64,000 nucleotides of DNA from an uncultured bacterium (GCA_965112635.1 OZ218778.1:352001-416000); one strand, 5' to 3'. Shown: positions 28,379-39,655, counted from the first letter of the stretch. A program made the numbers and translations. Notes: generated by a model not told the origin, from the sequence alone.

Positions 28379-28424
28379 TATTAACCTTGGTATGCAAGGT
28401 GGTTATGCGGCGAACTTCATCGCC
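28371..28424 (-). ncRNA. Fluoride (crcB) riboswitch
   Basis: Minus strand GGCGATGAAGTTCGCC...AACC...TAATAACTTCTAC. P1 GGCGA/TCGCC and pseudoknot GAAGTT/AACTTC match the crcB architecture. Confidence 0.9.
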
Positions 28425-28498
28425 TTTATTCTTTTAGGTAACACTATCATGTAATTTTTGTTAGTCAACAAAATCCATTCAAACCAACCGCTCAAAAT

Positions 28499-29068
28499 CT
28501 ACTTTATTGCCACACATCCGTGGGCATTTTTGAGGTTTAACTTTTCTCCGAGCTTAAACCCGCAGGATTGGGCGTCCTGCAAGCTCTCCTCAAACTCTTT
28601 TACCTGGACCACATGGGAAGGTTCGACCAATATCATCAGTCCGTTATTTTTAAGGCTGGCATAGACCTCAACCAAAGCTTTTTTACGATCAGGCATTTCA
28701 TGGAGAACAAATAATGCTAGGACAGCATCAAAAGTTCCGGCTAATTCCGGGATACCCAAACTGTCCGGCTGGCATTTCCTGACCTCAACCTGGCCGGACA
28801 ATCCTTTTTTGGAGACCCTTTTCTGCAAGGCTTTGAGCATATTGTCCTGGATATCCAGGGCATAAACCTTGCCTATTTCCCCCACCATTTTGCCAAGCGA
28901 AATAGTGAAAAACCCCATGCCCGGGCCTATTTCCAAGACACGCATGCCTGGTTTGATGAACCGGGCTAGAACTTTCTCCGGGTTAATGTTTAATCTGCGC
29001 AATGGATTGGTCAGCCAGAACCCCATCCACCAGGGAAAAACTCGGTGGTGATGTTTGTGCTCAGCCAT
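28499..29068 (-). CDS. Class I SAM-dependent methyltransferase
   Basis: VLEIGPGMGFF, YALDIQ, FVLHE. Confidence 0.88.
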   Translation of the reverse strand: MAEHKHHHRVFPWWMGFWLTNPLRRLNINPEKVLARFIKPGMRVLEIGPGMGFFTISLGKMVGEIGKVYALDIQDNMLKALQKRVSKKGLSGQVEVRKCQPDSLGIPELAGTFDAVLALFVLHEMPDRKKALVEVYASLKNNGLMILVEPSHVVQVKEFEESLQDAQSCGFKLGEKLNLKNAHGCVAIK

Positions 29069-29107
29069 ATTTCCCCTTCCTGGTTTTTTATTAATCTGGA
29101 TGGTCTC

Positions 29108-29494
29108 TCAATGATAATTAAAAATTATTTGGGGTGTATTGGTCAGGGTATGGTGGATGGTGCATCCCTCAGCCGCGGCCTTGGCGACCTTTTTTGCTTG
29201 TTCCGGCAGACCGGCCGGCAAGTAAACTTCCACCATCAGCTTGCCGATACGATGGGGATTTTCAGCGTTTTCGCCTTTGACCTCGACCTTCAATCCCTTG
29301 CAGTCATATTTTTTCCTGAGCAGGTACTGGGACACAAAATAACCCACGCAGGCCGCATAAGAAGCGGCAAAATAATCCACCGGCGAAGGGTGGCAATCCT
29401 CTTCCCTGCCCTGGCACTGGCTGGTCATAAATTTCTTACCCTTGGTTTCCAATTCCAACTGGTCATCTTTTATCCATAACGCTGTAGCCTGCAT
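29108..29494 (-). CDS. OsmC/Ohr-family protein
   Basis: PSPVDYFAASYAAC and CTIHHTL, two conserved Cys. Confidence 0.8.
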   Translation of the reverse strand: MQATALWIKDDQLELETKGKKFMTSQCQGREEDCHPSPVDYFAASYAACVGYFVSQYLLRKKYDCKGLKVEVKGENAENPHRIGKLMVEVYLPAGLPEQAKKVAKAAAEGCTIHHTLTNTPQIIFNYH

Positions 29495-29534
29495 AATGAA
29501 CTCCTCCAGGGATATTTGGAAAGCGGTAAAGGAT

Positions 29535-29960
29535 TTACTGGACCTGCCAGCTTTGCGGGGTATATTCCATCAACTCGATGGCATTACCATCCGGGTCTTT
29601 GAGCCAGGCCTGCTTGGAATGGTCCATACCTACCCGGATGTTATCCACGGCCACGCTTTTGGCCTGCAATGCCACGACGACCTGCTCCAGGTTATTGACC
29701 TCTAGGCAAAAATGTTGGTAATGGGGGTTACCTTCGGTGGCCAGAGGGGTATGGTCGCCTCCCCAGACCTCGGTGGCGCCCTTGTTGTCGAATATTTCCA
29801 GGAAACTCATGTTCCCCAGCTCAAAATAATATCCGAACACCTTGCCTTTATCGGATTTAAAGTCAAATTTCACTTTCAAGCCCAGGGTATCTTTATAAAA
29901 CTCCACCATTTTTTGCATCTGGTCCGTGCGAAAACAAATATGTCCCAGCCGTTTGATCAC
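29535..29960 (-). CDS. VOC/glyoxalase-family protein
   Basis: LGHICF, FYKDTLGL, HFCLEV, DPDGNAIELMEY. Confidence 0.9.
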   Translation of the reverse strand: MIKRLGHICFRTDQMQKMVEFYKDTLGLKVKFDFKSDKGKVFGYYFELGNMSFLEIFDNKGATEVWGGDHTPLATEGNPHYQHFCLEVNNLEQVVVALQAKSVAVDNIRVGMDHSKQAWLKDPDGNAIELMEYTPQSWQVQ

Positions 29961-29988
29961 TTGGTCCTCCTCTTAATGGGCTAAAAGT

Positions 29989-30573
29989 TCACCTTACAAG
30001 GTCGCAGGCATCGCCCGGCATCCAATGGGCGTCCTTGCCTTCCCATTTGACGTTGCAGCCGATAGGGTTGGTCAGTTTGATGCTGACGGGTTTTCCGGAG
30101 GTATGTTCCTCCAGCACCCTGTCCAGGTCATTGACCGTCATTTTGCTGGTCTCCTTGGGATTGTCCACGCCCCTGCCGGTGTAGATGAGCTTGCGGTCAG
30201 CGTCAAAAACATAAAAGTGCGGGGTCCTGAGAGCCCCGTAAGCGCGGGCGATATCCTGGGACTGGTCGTACAGGTAAACCCAGGGAAATTTGTTCTGCCG
30301 CATTCGCTCCTTCATCCCCTCAAAACTATCCTCAGCGTGCGTGTGCTCGCTGTTGGAGTTGATAGCCACAAAGGTCACGCCTTTTTTCATATATTTCTCC
30401 GCTGTTTTCCGGGTTACCTCGTCCGACCCGATGACATAAGGGCAGTGGTTGCAGGTAAAGAACACGACCAGCGTGTTGGCATTCTTAAAATCCTCCAGCT
30501 TGTATTTTTTTCCGTCCGTGGCCGACAGAATAAAATCAGGTGCTTTTGCTCCGATCTCAAGGGTAAATGGCAT
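29989..30573 (-). CDS. Thioredoxin-fold AhpC/TSA-like protein
   Basis: [29 protein letters not shown]. Confidence 0.9.
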   Translation of the reverse strand: MPFTLEIGAKAPDFILSATDGKKYKLEDFKNANTLVVFFTCNHCPYVIGSDEVTRKTAEKYMKKGVTFVAINSNSEHTHAEDSFEGMKERMRQNKFPWVYLYDQSQDIARAYGALRTPHFYVFDADRKLIYTGRGVDNPKETSKMTVNDLDRVLEEHTSGKPVSIKLTNPIGCNVKWEGKDAHWMPGDACDLVR

Positions 30574-30660
30574 ATTCTGGCTCCTTCTTAATGGATTTTT
30601 TAAACCTGATAAATATTATACACGACCTCGTTCGCAGCTTGAACAGAAAAACCAGCATCC

Positions 30661-31173
30661 CTAATAGGCCAGCAACCTTCTGGCCCCAAAGTAAACTTTT
30701 TTCCAATAGCTGTTGCTCAGCTTGTCCATACGGACGGCTTTACCTGTCGAGGGCGAATGAATAAAATGGCTTGACCCGGTCATCAATCCTACATGGGTAG
30801 GCCCTGAACCGGAAATAGCGAAGAACACCAAATCCCCATCCCTGAGGTCTTTCTGATCCACGGGAACGCCAGTCTGATACTGGTCCAAAGCCTCGCGCGG
30901 CAAGTCCAGTCCTATTTTTTTAAAAACATGCTGGGTGAAACCGGAGCAGTCAAACCCTTCGCCGTCTTGTCCGGTCCCGCCGTACTGGTACTTGGTCCCG
31001 ATCAGGGTTTTGGCATAGCTGACCATCCCATCCACTTGATGTTTATCCCTGGGAAAAGTACGACTGGATAAAGGCCCTTTGAGTCCTTGGGGGCTTCCGC
31101 ACCCGTATAACAGGATGGCAATTAAGTAAACACCCAAGAGGATTGGGTATCTTGCCGCTCGTGTTAGCATCAC
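30661..31173 (-). CDS. NlpC/P60 (C40) peptidase lipoprotein
   Basis: Lipobox LYGC, GFDCSGF, GDLVFF, HVG, FIHSPS. Confidence 0.92.
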   Translation of the reverse strand: MMLTRAARYPILLGVYLIAILLYGCGSPQGLKGPLSSRTFPRDKHQVDGMVSYAKTLIGTKYQYGGTGQDGEGFDCSGFTQHVFKKIGLDLPREALDQYQTGVPVDQKDLRDGDLVFFAISGSGPTHVGLMTGSSHFIHSPSTGKAVRMDKLSNSYWKKVYFGARRLLAY

Positions 31174-31793
31174 TTCCCTATCAGGACCACATGGCCTTCG
31201 GAGAACAGGTTGGGTAATAAGACCCTCTCTTTGTATTTGCCGCCCACGATATGCAGCTGCTTTAGGATCTTAAAATTACGGGCCCTGCAGAAATCCTTGA
31301 AGTCCTTGAATGTGGACATATGGATGTTGGGTGTGTTGTACCACTCAAAAGGCAGTTTGGAGGACTTGGGCATCCGACCGGTCAGGAACAGCTTGAGTCG
31401 CAGGATGAAGTTCCCGAAATTGGGGAAGCTCACGATGGCGTGTTTGCCGATGCGCAGGATCTCCTCGATAAGGTTGTCGGGCCGCTGAAGCTGATGGATG
31501 GTCTGGCTCACGATGACATAATCGAACGATCCGCTTTCAAAATCGTCCAGCGACTCGTCCAGGTCCATCTGCAACACGGGGATGCCCTTTTTGACGCAGG
31601 ACGCGATTTCTTCAAAATCAATGTCCACGCCCATGGCCCTGGCCTTCTTCCGGCGGATAAGATAGTCCAGCAGGCTCCCTTCACCACAGCCCAGGTCCAG
31701 GACGCTGCTCCCCTCCTCGATCCAGCCGGCGATCACGGCCAAGTCGGCACGGTTCTCAATGGTCGGCAGTAAATTTTCAGTTTGATCGGTCAT
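31170..31793 (-). CDS. metW: Methionine biosynthesis protein MetW
   Basis: [29 protein letters not shown]. Coupled to metX. Confidence 0.93.
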   Translation of the reverse strand: MTDQTENLLPTIENRADLAVIAGWIEEGSSVLDLGCGEGSLLDYLIRRKKARAMGVDIDFEEIASCVKKGIPVLQMDLDESLDDFESGSFDYVIVSQTIHQLQRPDNLIEEILRIGKHAIVSFPNFGNFILRLKLFLTGRMPKSSKLPFEWYNTPNIHMSTFKDFKDFCRARNFKILKQLHIVGGKYKERVLLPNLFSEGHVVLIGK

Positions 31794-32989
31794 GATTTTT
31801 TCACCTTGTTATAAGTGGCGTCAATGAACAGCTTGATGATCTTCCCTTCCGTGTCCAGTTCCAGCAAAAAAGCGTCGTGTCCGTAGGAAGAGTCGATGTT
31901 GATATAAGTCACGTCCTTTTGGTTCTTGATGAGCGCATCCACTACCTCAACGGAGTGGTAAGGCGCAAACAGCCAGTCCGAGGAAAAGGACACCACCAGC
32001 ATCCGTCCCTGGATGCGTTCGAATGCCTTGCCCACATCGCCGTCACCAAAGGTCGCGGCCACGTCAAAATAATCCGAGGCTTTGGTCATATACAGATATG
32101 AATTGGCGTCGAACCGCTCCACGAACACGGTCCCTTGGTGGTCCAGGTAACTTTCCACCTGGAACTCCTTGTCAAAGGCGTAGCTGAACTCCTCTTTGGG
32201 ATTGAGCATCCGTCGCCCGAATTTGGCGTGCATGGACTCATCCGACAGATAAGTGATATGCCCGATCATCCGGGCCACGGCCAGGCCTTCGGCCGGTGAT
32301 GTTTTTTCATAATAGTCGCCGTTATTGAAATTCTTGTCGTTAAGGATGCTGTTCCGCCCCACCTCGTTGAACGCTATACCCTGGGCGGATAACCGGCTCG
32401 TGGCCGCGATGACCAGGGCCGACCTGACGACCTGCGGATAACGCAAGGCCCAGTCCAAAGCCTGCATCCCGCCGATGGAACCTCCGGCCACGGCCAAGAG
32501 CCTTTCTATCCCCAGAAAATCAAGGAGCTTTTTTTGGACCTTTACCATATCGCCGATAGTGACTACCGGAAAATCCAGGCCGTAGGGCTTGCCCGTCTTG
32601 GGGTTGATCGAGGACGGCCCGGTCGTGCCGGAACACCCCCCCAAAACATTGGAACAAACCACGAAATACTTGTTGGTGTCAAAGGCTTTTCCAGGTCCGA
32701 CCGCGTCCTCCCACCAGCCGGGCTTTTTGCCCAGTTCGCCGTGGAACCCCGCCACATGGGCGCTGCCGGAAAGGGCGTGGCAGATCAGGATGGCGTTGTT
32801 CTTCTCGTTGTTGAGCGTCCCGTAGGTCTCATAAGCCACGGTGATGGGTCCGAACTTGATGCCGGAATCCAGCTCCAGAAACTCCTCTTCCTTTTCGGCG
32901 AAGGTTAAAGATTTGGTTTCTACGACCCCGACCGTGTTCTTGGTATCAAAATCCCTTTTGATTGTTTTTTTCTTCTTCTTCAATGCCAT
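31790..32989 (-). CDS. metX: Homoserine O-acetyltransferase
   Basis: AYETYG, CHALSG, GGSIGGM, RFDANSY, YGHDAFL. Confidence 0.95.
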   Translation of the reverse strand: MALKKKKKTIKRDFDTKNTVGVVETKSLTFAEKEEEFLELDSGIKFGPITVAYETYGTLNNEKNNAILICHALSGSAHVAGFHGELGKKPGWWEDAVGPGKAFDTNKYFVVCSNVLGGCSGTTGPSSINPKTGKPYGLDFPVVTIGDMVKVQKKLLDFLGIERLLAVAGGSIGGMQALDWALRYPQVVRSALVIAATSRLSAQGIAFNEVGRNSILNDKNFNNGDYYEKTSPAEGLAVARMIGHITYLSDESMHAKFGRRMLNPKEEFSYAFDKEFQVESYLDHQGTVFVERFDANSYLYMTKASDYFDVAATFGDGDVGKAFERIQGRMLVVSFSSDWLFAPYHSVEVVDALIKNQKDVTYINIDSSYGHDAFLLELDTEGKIIKLFIDATYNKVKKS

Positions 32990-33017
32990 CTTGTTCTCTT
33001 CTCCGCGATTTTCTTCA

Positions 33018-33046
33018 ATTATACTAGCTGAACTTTATTTAGTCCA
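33018..33046 (-). promoter_or_regulatory. Probable sigma70 promoter of metX-metW
   Basis: TGGACT-N17-TATAAT on the minus strand. Confidence 0.55.
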
Positions 33047-33225
33047 CGCAGAACACCCCGCAGCTCGCCCTCAAGGTGCGTGCGCATGAGCGCATGCTGC
33101 GGGGATGAATGCGCCTATAAAGCTGCAAGCGACTTCTATGAGCAAACAGCTTTCCTTACTAAAGAGTGGGTTTGGGAGAGGTTACTCTCCCATGTCAATG
33201 ACACGCTCAAGCTTGTGAGCTGTAA
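33044..33225 (-). mobile_element. Non-autonomous IS200/IS605-like end relic (palindromic element)
   Basis: Minus strand GCATTCATCCCCGCAGC...GCTGCGGGGTGTTCTGC resembles IS200/IS605 subterminal hairpins. Further hairpins at 33173-33192 and 33205-33220. No transposase. Confidence 0.55.
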
Positions 33226-33226
33226 T

Positions 33227-34303
33227 TCATTTTTTCTCAAAAAGTTTCAAATATTGGCCGTACCCTTCTTTGACCAGATCCTCTCTGGGAATGAATCTTA
33301 GCGACGCCGAGTTTATGCAGTATCTCAGTCCAGTGGGCTGTGGCCCATCGTTAAAAACATGTCCCAGGTGCGAGTCCGCGTTCTTGCTCCTCACTTCGGT
33401 CCGTTCCACTCCGAGCGTCTTATCTTCCTTTTCCACGATATTTTTGGGCTCCAGCGGCCTGATAAAGCTCGGCCAACCGGTCCCTGAATCGAACTTATCT
33501 ATGGAGCTGAACAAAGGCTCCCCCGAAACCACATCCACGTAAATGCCTTCTTTTTTGTTGTTCCAGTAAGCGTTATTGAACGCTGGCTCGGTTTCGCATT
33601 GCTGGGTCACTTCATACTGCATAGGGCTCAATTTCTTCTTGAGAGCCCCCTTGTCCACTTTAGGGGACGGTGTCCCCATGGTTTTCTTCTCCAGCGGATG
33701 TTCAGCCTGGTCACCCCAAACGCCTTTAATGAACTGGTCGCGGCCTGCTCCTAACCGGTATGCTTTATATCTCAAGGGACTCTTTTTATAAAAATCCTGG
33801 TGGTATCCCTCAGCCTCGTAAAATTTCCCGGATGCCAGGATCCGGGTCACAATGGGCTTGGAGAACTTTCCCGACTTGGCTAATGCCTTTTGGGAGGCTT
33901 CAGCCTGTTTCCGTTGTTCTTTACTGTGGTAAAAGATAGCGGACTGGTACTGCGGCCCCCGGTCCACAAATTGCCCGCCCTCATCCGTTGGGTCTATCTG
34001 CGTCCAAAAAACTTCCAACAACTCTGGGTAAGTGATCTTGGCCGGGTCATAAACCACTTGAACCGCTTCGATATGCCCTTTTTCTGCGTAATCCTCGTAA
34101 GTAGGGTCCGGTCCGGTACCGCCGGTATAGCCCGAGACCACCTTGGACACACCTTCCAGTTTCTCAAAAGGCGGCTGCATGCACCAAAAACAACCTCCCG
34201 CAAAGGTAGCCGTCTCAGTCCTGGCGTAGGCTTCGGTAAAGCCTGCCACAAAAATAAATACAAGTAGGCTGGTGAAAGACAGTTCTGCAACATGGCCCAT
34301 CAT
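33227..34303 (-). CDS. msrAB: Fused peptide-methionine sulfoxide reductase MsrA/MsrB with a signal peptide
   Basis: [39 protein letters not shown]. Confidence 0.95.
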   Translation of the reverse strand: MMGHVAELSFTSLLVFIFVAGFTEAYARTETATFAGGCFWCMQPPFEKLEGVSKVVSGYTGGTGPDPTYEDYAEKGHIEAVQVVYDPAKITYPELLEVFWTQIDPTDEGGQFVDRGPQYQSAIFYHSKEQRKQAEASQKALAKSGKFSKPIVTRILASGKFYEAEGYHQDFYKKSPLRYKAYRLGAGRDQFIKGVWGDQAEHPLEKKTMGTPSPKVDKGALKKKLSPMQYEVTQQCETEPAFNNAYWNNKKEGIYVDVVSGEPLFSSIDKFDSGTGWPSFIRPLEPKNIVEKEDKTLGVERTEVRSKNADSHLGHVFNDGPQPTGLRYCINSASLRFIPREDLVKEGYGQYLKLFEKK

Positions 34304-34343
34304 AACGCACCTCTCTTTCTTGCTATCTTTCCTGTTTATCTAA

Positions 34344-35636
34344 TCATCCTAGCGCCTGATTAAGGTCTCCCAAAATGTCGTCGATATTCTCAATCCCTAT
34401 GGAAAGTCGAATTAGGTCAGGAGTGATGCCTCCGGCCAGCTGGTCTTTTTCATTCAACTGCGAATGGGTCGTGGTCGCTGGATGGATAGCTAAACTCTTG
34501 GCATCGCCCACATTGGCCAGGTGGGAGAACAGCCGTAACTTCTCGATGAACTTTTGTCCGGCCTCCTTGCCGCCTTTGATCCCGAACACCACCATACCTC
34601 CGTACCCTTTTTTGAGGTAACGGCTGGCCACCAAGTAGAAAGGATCGTCTTCCAGGCCGGGATAACGCACCCACTTCACCCTGCCGTGCAACTTAAGGAA
34701 CCTGGCTACCTTGAGGGCGTTTTGGCTGTGCCGCTCCATTCTCAAGGGCAGGGTCTCGATCCCCTGCAGGAATATCCACGAATTGTCCGGGGACAGGCAC
34801 GCTCCCAGGTTCCGCAGGGGCACCAGCCTCATCCTGAGGATATAGGCCAACGGGTTCAGATCACCTAGGTCGGAGGAAAACCTCAGATTGTGGTAGCTAG
34901 GTTCCGGCTCGTTAAAAAGCCTGAATTTCTTGTCCGTCCAGTCGAACTTCCCTGAATCCACCACAATGCCGCCGATGGAAGTGCCATGCCCGCCTAGCCA
35001 TTTGGTTAGGGAGTGCACCACGATGTCTACACCATGTTCAATTGGCCTTAAAAGATATGGAGTCGTGAAGGTCGAGTCCGCGATCAAGGGCAGATGGTGC
35101 TTTTTGGCCACCTTGGCCACCGCCTCCAGGTCCACCACATCCAGGGCCGGATTGCCGATGGTCTCCACGAAGATAGCCCGCGTCTTGCTGGTCACTGCCT
35201 TTTCAAAATTTTCGGCCTTAACCGGGTCCACAAAGTTGACCTTGATGTTAAACTGAGGAAAAATGTCGTGGAACATCGTGTAGGTCCCGCCGTAAAGATT
35301 GTTGGCCGAAACCACCTCGTCCCCGGCTCCGCAAATATTAATGATGGCGTAATAGATGGCCGAAGTCCCGGACGACAAAGCCAAAGCCGCCGCGCCGCCT
35401 TCCAAGGCCGCGACCCTTTTCTCCAGAACGTCGGTCGTAGGGTTCATCAGTCTTGTGTAGATATTGCCCAGCTCCTTGAGCGCAAACAGATTGGCCGCGT
35501 GTTCCGTGCTTTTAAAAACATAGGAAGAGGTCCGGTAAACCGGCACCCCCCTGGAAAGCGTGTCCGTTTCAATGGTTTGCCCCGCGTGCAAAGCAAGGGT
35601 GTCAAAACCCGCGTTTTTCCAGTTGAAATCCTTCAT
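34344..35636 (-). CDS. metY: O-acetylhomoserine sulfhydrylase
   Basis: GNIYTRLMNPT, HSLTKWLGGHG, HLANVGDAKSL, HPATTTH. Confidence 0.93.
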   Translation of the reverse strand: MKDFNWKNAGFDTLALHAGQTIETDTLSRGVPVYRTSSYVFKSTEHAANLFALKELGNIYTRLMNPTTDVLEKRVAALEGGAAALALSSGTSAIYYAIINICGAGDEVVSANNLYGGTYTMFHDIFPQFNIKVNFVDPVKAENFEKAVTSKTRAIFVETIGNPALDVVDLEAVAKVAKKHHLPLIADSTFTTPYLLRPIEHGVDIVVHSLTKWLGGHGTSIGGIVVDSGKFDWTDKKFRLFNEPEPSYHNLRFSSDLGDLNPLAYILRMRLVPLRNLGACLSPDNSWIFLQGIETLPLRMERHSQNALKVARFLKLHGRVKWVRYPGLEDDPFYLVASRYLKKGYGGMVVFGIKGGKEAGQKFIEKLRLFSHLANVGDAKSLAIHPATTTHSQLNEKDQLAGGITPDLIRLSIGIENIDDILGDLNQALG

Positions 35637-35657
35637 GTTCCCTCCTTAGTAGTTTTA

Positions 35658-36593
35658 TTATTCTTCAAATAACCAGGTGCTCAGGTACCTCTCTCCGCTA
35701 TCCGGAGCTATGGTCAGGATGGTCTTGCCCTTATTTTCCGGCCGTTGGGCCAGCTGACACGCCGCCCAGACATTGGCTCCGCCGGAGATGCCGGTTAATA
35801 TCCCCTCTCTCTTAGCCAACATCCGGGAGGTCGCCCCTGCATCCTCATGCTTGACCCTGACGACCTCATCGATCAGGCTTGTCTTGAGCACTCCCGGGAT
35901 AAACCCGGCACCGATCCCCTGTATCTTGTGGGGACCAGGTTTGCCTCCGGATAGGACCGGAGAATCGTTAGGCTCGACTGCCACTACTTTGATCTTGGGG
36001 TTTCTCTCTTTGAGGACCTCCCCGACCCCGGTCAGGGTACCTCCGGTTCCCACCCCGGCCACGAAAAAATCCACTTTGCCTCCGGTATCCTTCCATATTT
36101 CCTCTGCGGTGGTTCTGCGGTGGATATCTGGGTTGGCCGGGTTATTGAATTGCTGGGGCATAAAAGCCTTGGGGTACTTTTTCAACAGTTCTTCTGCCTT
36201 TTCGATCGCCCCCTTCATACCCTTTTCGCCCGGCGTCAGGACTAGCTCTGCCCCGAACACTTTGAGCAAGTTCCGTCGCTCCACGCTCATGGTCTCCGGC
36301 ATGGTGAGGATCAGCTTGTAACCCCTTTGCGCGGCCACAAAAGCCAGGGCAATCCCGGTATTGCCGCTGGTGGGCTCGATGATGACCGTACCCGGGGTCA
36401 GTTGACCCGCCTTTTCCGCAGCCTCGATCATAGCCAGTCCGATCCTGTCCTTAACGCTGCTCATGGGATTAAAGAACTCCAGTTTTAATAGCACCGTAGC
36501 TTCTATTTTATCGGCCTCTCTTGAAAATACCTTGCTGAGCCTAACGAGTGGTGTGTTACCTATCAGTTCTGTGATATTATTCGCAACGGCCAT
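35658..36593 (-). CDS. cysK: Cysteine synthase A
   Basis: [38 protein letters not shown]. Confidence 0.96.
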   Translation of the reverse strand: MAVANNITELIGNTPLVRLSKVFSREADKIEATVLLKLEFFNPMSSVKDRIGLAMIEAAEKAGQLTPGTVIIEPTSGNTGIALAFVAAQRGYKLILTMPETMSVERRNLLKVFGAELVLTPGEKGMKGAIEKAEELLKKYPKAFMPQQFNNPANPDIHRRTTAEEIWKDTGGKVDFFVAGVGTGGTLTGVGEVLKERNPKIKVVAVEPNDSPVLSGGKPGPHKIQGIGAGFIPGVLKTSLIDEVVRVKHEDAGATSRMLAKREGILTGISGGANVWAACQLAQRPENKGKTILTIAPDSGERYLSTWLFEE

Positions 36594-36604
36594 AACTCCT
36601 CCTC

Positions 36605-37045
36605 TTAGATCGAATAATTCAATGTTCCTTTTTGTTTTGCCACTTGCTTGCTGATCTCTTCAAAATCCACGTTGTCAATGATGTTGGAGATAGCGCTGTC
36701 CACCTGCTGCCAGTAACCCCTCAGCACGCAGCTGTTGATATGACTACAACCTTTATAATGGTCCGCCACACAGGCAATGGGTTCGGTCGGTCCATCGATA
36801 AAATGGATCACCTCAGCCAGCTTGATCTGGCTGGGCTCTTTGGTCAGGGCATACCCACCTTTTTTACCCCGAACGCTCTGTACGAACTTGGCCCTTTTGA
36901 GCTCGACTAAAATTTGCTCCAGGAACTTTTTGGAAGCATCTATCCTTTTAGCCAGGTCCTGGATGCTCAGGACGCCCTTACCCTTGTTCAAGGCCAGCTC
37001 CAAAATTACTTTTATGGCATAATCGCATTTGTATGTAATTCTCAT
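36605..37045 (-). CDS. Rrf2-family regulator (CymR/IscR-like) with three Cys
   Basis: [16 protein letters not shown]-x6-C-x5-C. Heads the cysK-metY operon. Confidence 0.9.
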   Translation of the reverse strand: MRITYKCDYAIKVILELALNKGKGVLSIQDLAKRIDASKKFLEQILVELKRAKFVQSVRGKKGGYALTKEPSQIKLAEVIHFIDGPTEPIACVADHYKGCSHINSCVLRGYWQQVDSAISNIIDNVDFEEISKQVAKQKGTLNYSI

Positions 37046-37057
37046 AACCCCACCCCA

Positions 37058-37112
37058 TATCACTACAATCCCTATTGTGATAGTAGTGTATCAGCTCGCT
37101 ATTAAATGTCAA
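37058..37112 (-). promoter_or_regulatory. Promoter and probable Rrf2 auto-operator
   Basis: TTGACA-N16-TACACT on the minus strand, with an inverted repeat TATCAC...GTGATA just downstream. Confidence 0.5.
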
Positions 37113-37151
37113 TGTGTTTTCACAATCTTGGGTAGGGCTACAAAACCCTGG

Positions 37152-39626
37152 TTAGATCAGCTCAAAACTGGCTTTTAGACCTTGGCTGGAATTGGTTCCT
37201 ACCATGACTCCGTACTCTCCGGGGTCAACAACTTCTTTGGATTCCCGGTTGTAGTAGGACAACTCTCTAGAGGTAAGCTCAAATGTCACTGTCTGGTTTT
37301 TTCCTGCCTTTAAAAATACTCTTTTGAAACCTTTGAGCTCCTTTTTTGGGGCATCCAGTACCGGCCGGCTCAAATAAAGCTGTACGACTTCATCTCCATC
37401 GCGCTTTCCGGTATTTTTTAGTTTCACCGTAACGGCAATCTTGTGGCCGCCCTTTGCTTTCTTGGGGCTGACTTTAAGAGAATTTAATTCAAAGGTAGTG
37501 TAACTCAGACCGTATCCGAACGGAAAAAGAGGTTCTTTTTTGAAATAAAGGTAAGTGGCCCCTTTCCGGATATCATATTCTGTCATGGGCAGCAGGTCAT
37601 TGACCGATTTGTAGAAAGTCACAGGCAGTTTGCCACCGGGGTTCGCGTCCCCGCTCAAAATATCCGCCAAAGCGTTTCCGCTTTCCTCTCCGGCATACCA
37701 CATCTCCAGGATGGCGGGAATGTGCTTCTTTTCCCAATTTAGGGACAGGGGGCTTCCGTTAAAAAGCACCAAGATGACCCTGGGATTGGCTTTGACAACC
37801 CTTTTTAAAAGTTCCTTTTGGACAGCGGGAAGTTCCATGTCTAACCTGTCCCTGCCTTCGCCCTCGACTTCCTCGTCCGTCCCTAGGCAGACAATGGCCG
37901 CATCCGCTTTGGCCGCGATCCGGACGGCCCGCTCCATGTCTTCCTCCGAATAATAGTCCCAGCAAAGTCGGCACTTGCTGTTGGCCCAGCACAAATAACT
38001 TTCAACCCTGATATCGTAGGCTTTACCTGCCTTCAGTTCGACTTCGGCGGCATGGTCCGCTTTGTCAAAGTCGAACATGTAATCAAAGAGCAGTTTATTG
38101 TCCAGATAAAAGGACACATTGGTTTTGCTGAGCGAAGTGAACCTGTATTTCCGGGTGACCGGCGGGATCAGCTTACCGGTCCAACGCATGGACATGGAAT
38201 TGTTCCTGTCGTCTTCAACCTCTTTGGGCAGGGTCGAGTTTTCAATATTTATGACTGTCTCTAATCTTGTTAGCATGGGTTTCCCATTCAGCTTGTCGTT
38301 ATTAAAATATTCCGCCGTAAGTCCGTGTTCTCCGGGTTTGCCGCCATTCGGCACCAGGTACTCGGTCGGGATGACCTTGTCAACAATGTCGCAGCCTTCT
38401 TCATATAGGATCTTGGCTGAACCTGAAAATCTGTCTTTAATGCCTTGCAGCGGTGTCACGGCTTTTACTCCGGATCCGGAATAGTTGCCGAAATAAAGAG
38501 CCTCAGCTTGGGGCCCAATGACCGCCAGAGTTTTGGTTTTTTTGGACAAGGGAAGCATATTCCCTTCATTTTTCAATAAAACACAACCTTTTCTAGCTGT
38601 TTCCCGGGCCAAAGCTCTGTGCCGGGGACCATCCAACACTCGTTCAGGGATCTTGGAATAGGCTACCTTTTGAGGAGGGTCGAACATGCCCAGCAAAAAT
38701 CGTGCCCTGAACAACCTGGCCAAGGCCTTATCGACCTCCTTCTCGGTAATCAGTCCTTCGCGGACAGCCTCCGCCAGATGCGCCTTGTATTCCGAACCGC
38801 ACTCCAGGTCGCAGCCAGCCTTAATAGCCTTGGCTGTGGCTTCGGCCGGGGTCTTGGCATAATGGTGGTGCGACCAGATGTCCGTGATGGCTCCGCAATC
38901 CGAGACCACATAACCGTCGAAACCCCACTCCTCACGCAGGATCTTGGTCAGCATTTTTTCGTTGGCGCAGGCCGGAACGCCGTTGATCTGGTTATAGGAA
39001 CCCATAATGGAATGGGCTCTTGCTTCCGAGACCACGGCCCGGAAATGGGGCAGGTAATAGTTCCTCAGCAAGGGTTCGTCCACGTTGGAAGAACCGGTAT
39101 GCCTCATAACTTCTACGTTATTAAGGGCGAAATGCTTGGGAGTAGCCACGACCTTGAGGTACCGGCGGTCATTGCCCTGCAACCCCTTGACGCAGGCGAC
39201 CGCGATCCGGGAGACCAAATAGGGGTCCTCTCCAAAACCCTCCTGGGTGCGTCCCCAACGGGGGTCGCGCAGGATATTGATGACCGGGCTCCAGTAATCC
39301 AGACCCGACTTACCCTGATGGTGCAAGACCCTGGCCTCGTCAGAGATAGCCGTATTGACCCTATAGACCAGGTCAGGGTCCCACGAGGCGCCTAGGGCGA
39401 TGGCTTGGGGGAAAATCGTGGCCCCCTCTTTCATGACCCCGTGCAGGCATTCGCTCCACCATTCATAGGCGGGAATGTCGAGACGAGGGATAGCGTCAGA
39501 CTTATTGACCATCTGGGAAGCTTTTTCTACCAAGGTCATCCTGGAGATGAGGTCTTTGACCCTCTCTTCCACCGGTCTGGTTGGGTCTTTGTAAACGGGC
39601 TTCTTTGCTTTGCTCGCTTTTCCCAT
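37152..39626 (-). CDS. GH3 beta-glucosidase/xylosidase with a PA14 insertion, no signal peptide
   Basis: WWSECLHG, RDPRWGRTQE, KHF, VVSDCGAI, EGEGRDR, FGYGLSYT. Confidence 0.93.
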   Translation of the reverse strand: MGKASKAKKPVYKDPTRPVEERVKDLISRMTLVEKASQMVNKSDAIPRLDIPAYEWWSECLHGVMKEGATIFPQAIALGASWDPDLVYRVNTAISDEARVLHHQGKSGLDYWSPVINILRDPRWGRTQEGFGEDPYLVSRIAVACVKGLQGNDRRYLKVVATPKHFALNNVEVMRHTGSSNVDEPLLRNYYLPHFRAVVSEARAHSIMGSYNQINGVPACANEKMLTKILREEWGFDGYVVSDCGAITDIWSHHHYAKTPAEATAKAIKAGCDLECGSEYKAHLAEAVREGLITEKEVDKALARLFRARFLLGMFDPPQKVAYSKIPERVLDGPRHRALARETARKGCVLLKNEGNMLPLSKKTKTLAVIGPQAEALYFGNYSGSGVKAVTPLQGIKDRFSGSAKILYEEGCDIVDKVIPTEYLVPNGGKPGEHGLTAEYFNNDKLNGKPMLTRLETVINIENSTLPKEVEDDRNNSMSMRWTGKLIPPVTRKYRFTSLSKTNVSFYLDNKLLFDYMFDFDKADHAAEVELKAGKAYDIRVESYLCWANSKCRLCWDYYSEEDMERAVRIAAKADAAIVCLGTDEEVEGEGRDRLDMELPAVQKELLKRVVKANPRVILVLFNGSPLSLNWEKKHIPAILEMWYAGEESGNALADILSGDANPGGKLPVTFYKSVNDLLPMTEYDIRKGATYLYFKKEPLFPFGYGLSYTTFELNSLKVSPKKAKGGHKIAVTVKLKNTGKRDGDEVVQLYLSRPVLDAPKKELKGFKRVFLKAGKNQTVTFELTSRELSYYNRESKEVVDPGEYGVMVGTNSSQGLKASFELI

Positions 39627-39655
39627 TCTATCTCTCCCCTCGAAAAAGATTGGTA

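Noticed and set aside
32990-33225. SAM riboswitch or T-box upstream of metX
   Set aside because: I found no SAM-I core (ATC..GAG, GCAACC, GTGC) or T-box sequence, and the probable promoter lies downstream of the structured region.
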